The notes under the pieces were generated by a model, which did not search any database, was not told the DNA's origin, and saw only the letters and a program-made list of their open reading frames with translations. From assembly GCF_963921235.1 (NCBI RefSeq), contig NC_086108.1, positions 3,224,001-3,288,000 of the forward strand: a DNA stretch of 64,000 bases, in the 5' to 3' direction. The first letter of the stretch is position 1. Every line of letters starts with the position of its first letter. The position numbers were made by a program, and so were the translations under genes. Below, piece after piece: positions 62,265 through 64,000 of this stretch. This DNA comes from Mobula hypostoma. Lineage: Eukaryota.

Positions 62265-62920
62265 TTAGATTAGATTATGGGGACACTCAGTCCTCGTTTA
62301 TTGTCATTTAGAAATGCATGCATTAAAAAATGATACAATGTTCCTCCAGTATGCTATCACAGAAACACAGGACAGACCAAGACTAAAACTGACAAAAGCC
62401 ACATAATTATAAAATAGTTACAACAGTGCAAAGCAATACCGTAATTTGATAAAGAGCAGACCATGGGCATGGTAAAAAAAAAGTCTTAAGTCCCGATAGC
62501 CCCATCATCTCACGCAGACGGTAGAAGGGAGAAACTCTCCCTGCCATGAACTCCAAGCACTGCAAACTTGCCGATGCATTGGAAGCACCCGACTGCAGCC
62601 GACTCTGAGTCCGTCCGAAAATGTCGAGCCTCTGACCAGCCCTCTGACACCGAGCACCATCTCTGCCGAGCGCTTTGACCCCACCCCGGCCGCCGAGCAA
62701 CAAGCAAAGCCAAGGACTCGGGGCCTTCCCTCCGGAGATTCTCGATCGCACAGTAGCAGCAGCAGCGAAGCAGGCATTTCAGAAGTTTCTCCAGATGTTC
62801 CTCTGTACTCTCACGTCCGTCTCCATCAAATCAGGATTGTGCATGGCACACTACTTGACAAATAACAGATATCATTCACCGGAGTGGCCGCTGCGAGCTG
62901 CGTCGCGGTGCCATCTTCTC
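62265..62920 (-). mobile_element. Second copy of the AAGATGG-headed non-autonomous element
   Basis: Reverse-complement similarity to 34325-34985 across its length; inserted in a CR1 3' fragment. Confidence 0.75.
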
Positions 62921-63603
62921 CTCTTGCTTATCCATCTCTCTCATAATTGTAGATTTTATCTATAAGATCCCCTCTCATTCTTATGATTTCCAGGAAGTTG
63001 AGTCCATGATGCCTCTATCTCTCCTCATAGGCCAATCCGTCACACCATTCCCCCACCCCCATCTCCGGAATCAACCTGCTGGAGCTCCTCTGCATCACCT
63101 CCAAAACCAGTACATCCTTTCTCAAACCAGGAGCCCAGATATGCACGTGTCCTCCGGGTGTGGCCTCACCTGTACCCTGCACAGTTGCAGCATAAATTCA
63201 ATCCCTCTAACAAAGAAGGCCAACTTTCTATTTGCCTTCCTGAGGAACTGTTGCACCTACAAACCAACTTTTTGCAGTTCATGCATATTCACTGGTCAGG
63301 GCCACCAGGTTCGGAAAGTTATTAGACTACAACCATCAGGCTCCTGAACCAGTGTGGATAACGTCACTCACCTCAACTCTGAACTGATTCCACAAACTAT
63401 GGACTCACTTTGGACTCTACAACTCAGTATTATTTATTTATTTATTTATTTATTTATTAATTATTTGCATAATTTGCCTTCTTTTGCACATTGGTTGCTT
63501 GTCAGTCTTTGTTTATGTATAGTTTTTCATAAGTTCTATTTCATTTCTTTATTTCCCTGTAAATGCTTGCAAATAAATGTCTGGGTACCAGATGGAGACT
63601 TTC

Positions 63604-63800
63604 ACAGTGCCTATAAAAAGTACTCACCCCCCTTGGAAGTTCTCATGCTTTAGTGTTTTACGTTAAATCACAGTGAATTTAATTTGGCTTTTTTGACACT
63701 GAACAACACAAGAATGTACAGTACTTGTGTCAAAGTAAAAGTAGATCTCTACAAACTGATCTAAATTAATTACAAATATGAAACACGAAATAATTGCCAG
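63604..63800 (+). mobile_element. Tc1-like terminal inverted repeat fragment
   Basis: cagtgcctataaaaagtactcacccccttgg resembles a Tc1 TIR start. Confidence 0.6.
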
Positions 63801-64000
63801 AGTATTCTGGTTACATAAGAAATAGGAGCAGGAGTAGGCCATCCGGCCCATCGAACCTGCCCCACCATTCAATAAGATCATGGCTGATCTGTCCGTAAAC
63901 TCAGCTCCATCTACCTGCCTCTTCCCCATAACCCTTAATTCCCCTACAATGTAAAAACCTATCTAACTGTACCTTAAATACATTTAGTGAAGAAGCCTCA

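Overview
Repeat-rich vertebrate genomic DNA. The repeat set (CR1, Rex1/Babar-like, V-domain tRNA SINEs, Penelope-like elements) suggests a cartilaginous fish, probably a ray; this is an inference. Two host genes are supported, lying head-to-head. (1) A minus-strand RIN-family (Ras and Rab interactor; RIN2/RINL-like) gene, for which I reconstructed five phase-compatible GT-AG exons (35850-36048, 30829-30937, 8891-8963, 6316-6407, 3674-4051) plus a candidate first coding exon (48708-48757). They encode an SH2-like domain with FLVW in place of FLVR, and the gene continues beyond the left edge. (2) A plus-strand intronless 372-aa INSM-family gene (53378-54496) with an intact SNAG N-terminus and INSM zinc fingers 1-2, but fingers 3-5 lost or degenerate; it is a candidate divergent third INSM paralogue. 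The rest is mostly transposon debris: CR1 LINEs (one young 579-aa RT ORF), Penelope-like elements carrying minimal hammerhead-ribozyme motifs and inverted pLTR hairpins with 11-14 bp TSDs, an L1 3' end with a 20-bp TSD, a solo LTR, Tc1 and hAT relics, and SINEs. Two transposon-derived tandem arrays are present: a ~9.15 kb 57-bp satellite and a 95-bp minisatellite. All identifications are by eye from remembered motifs; no database search was run, and repeat boundaries are approximate unless TSDs are cited.
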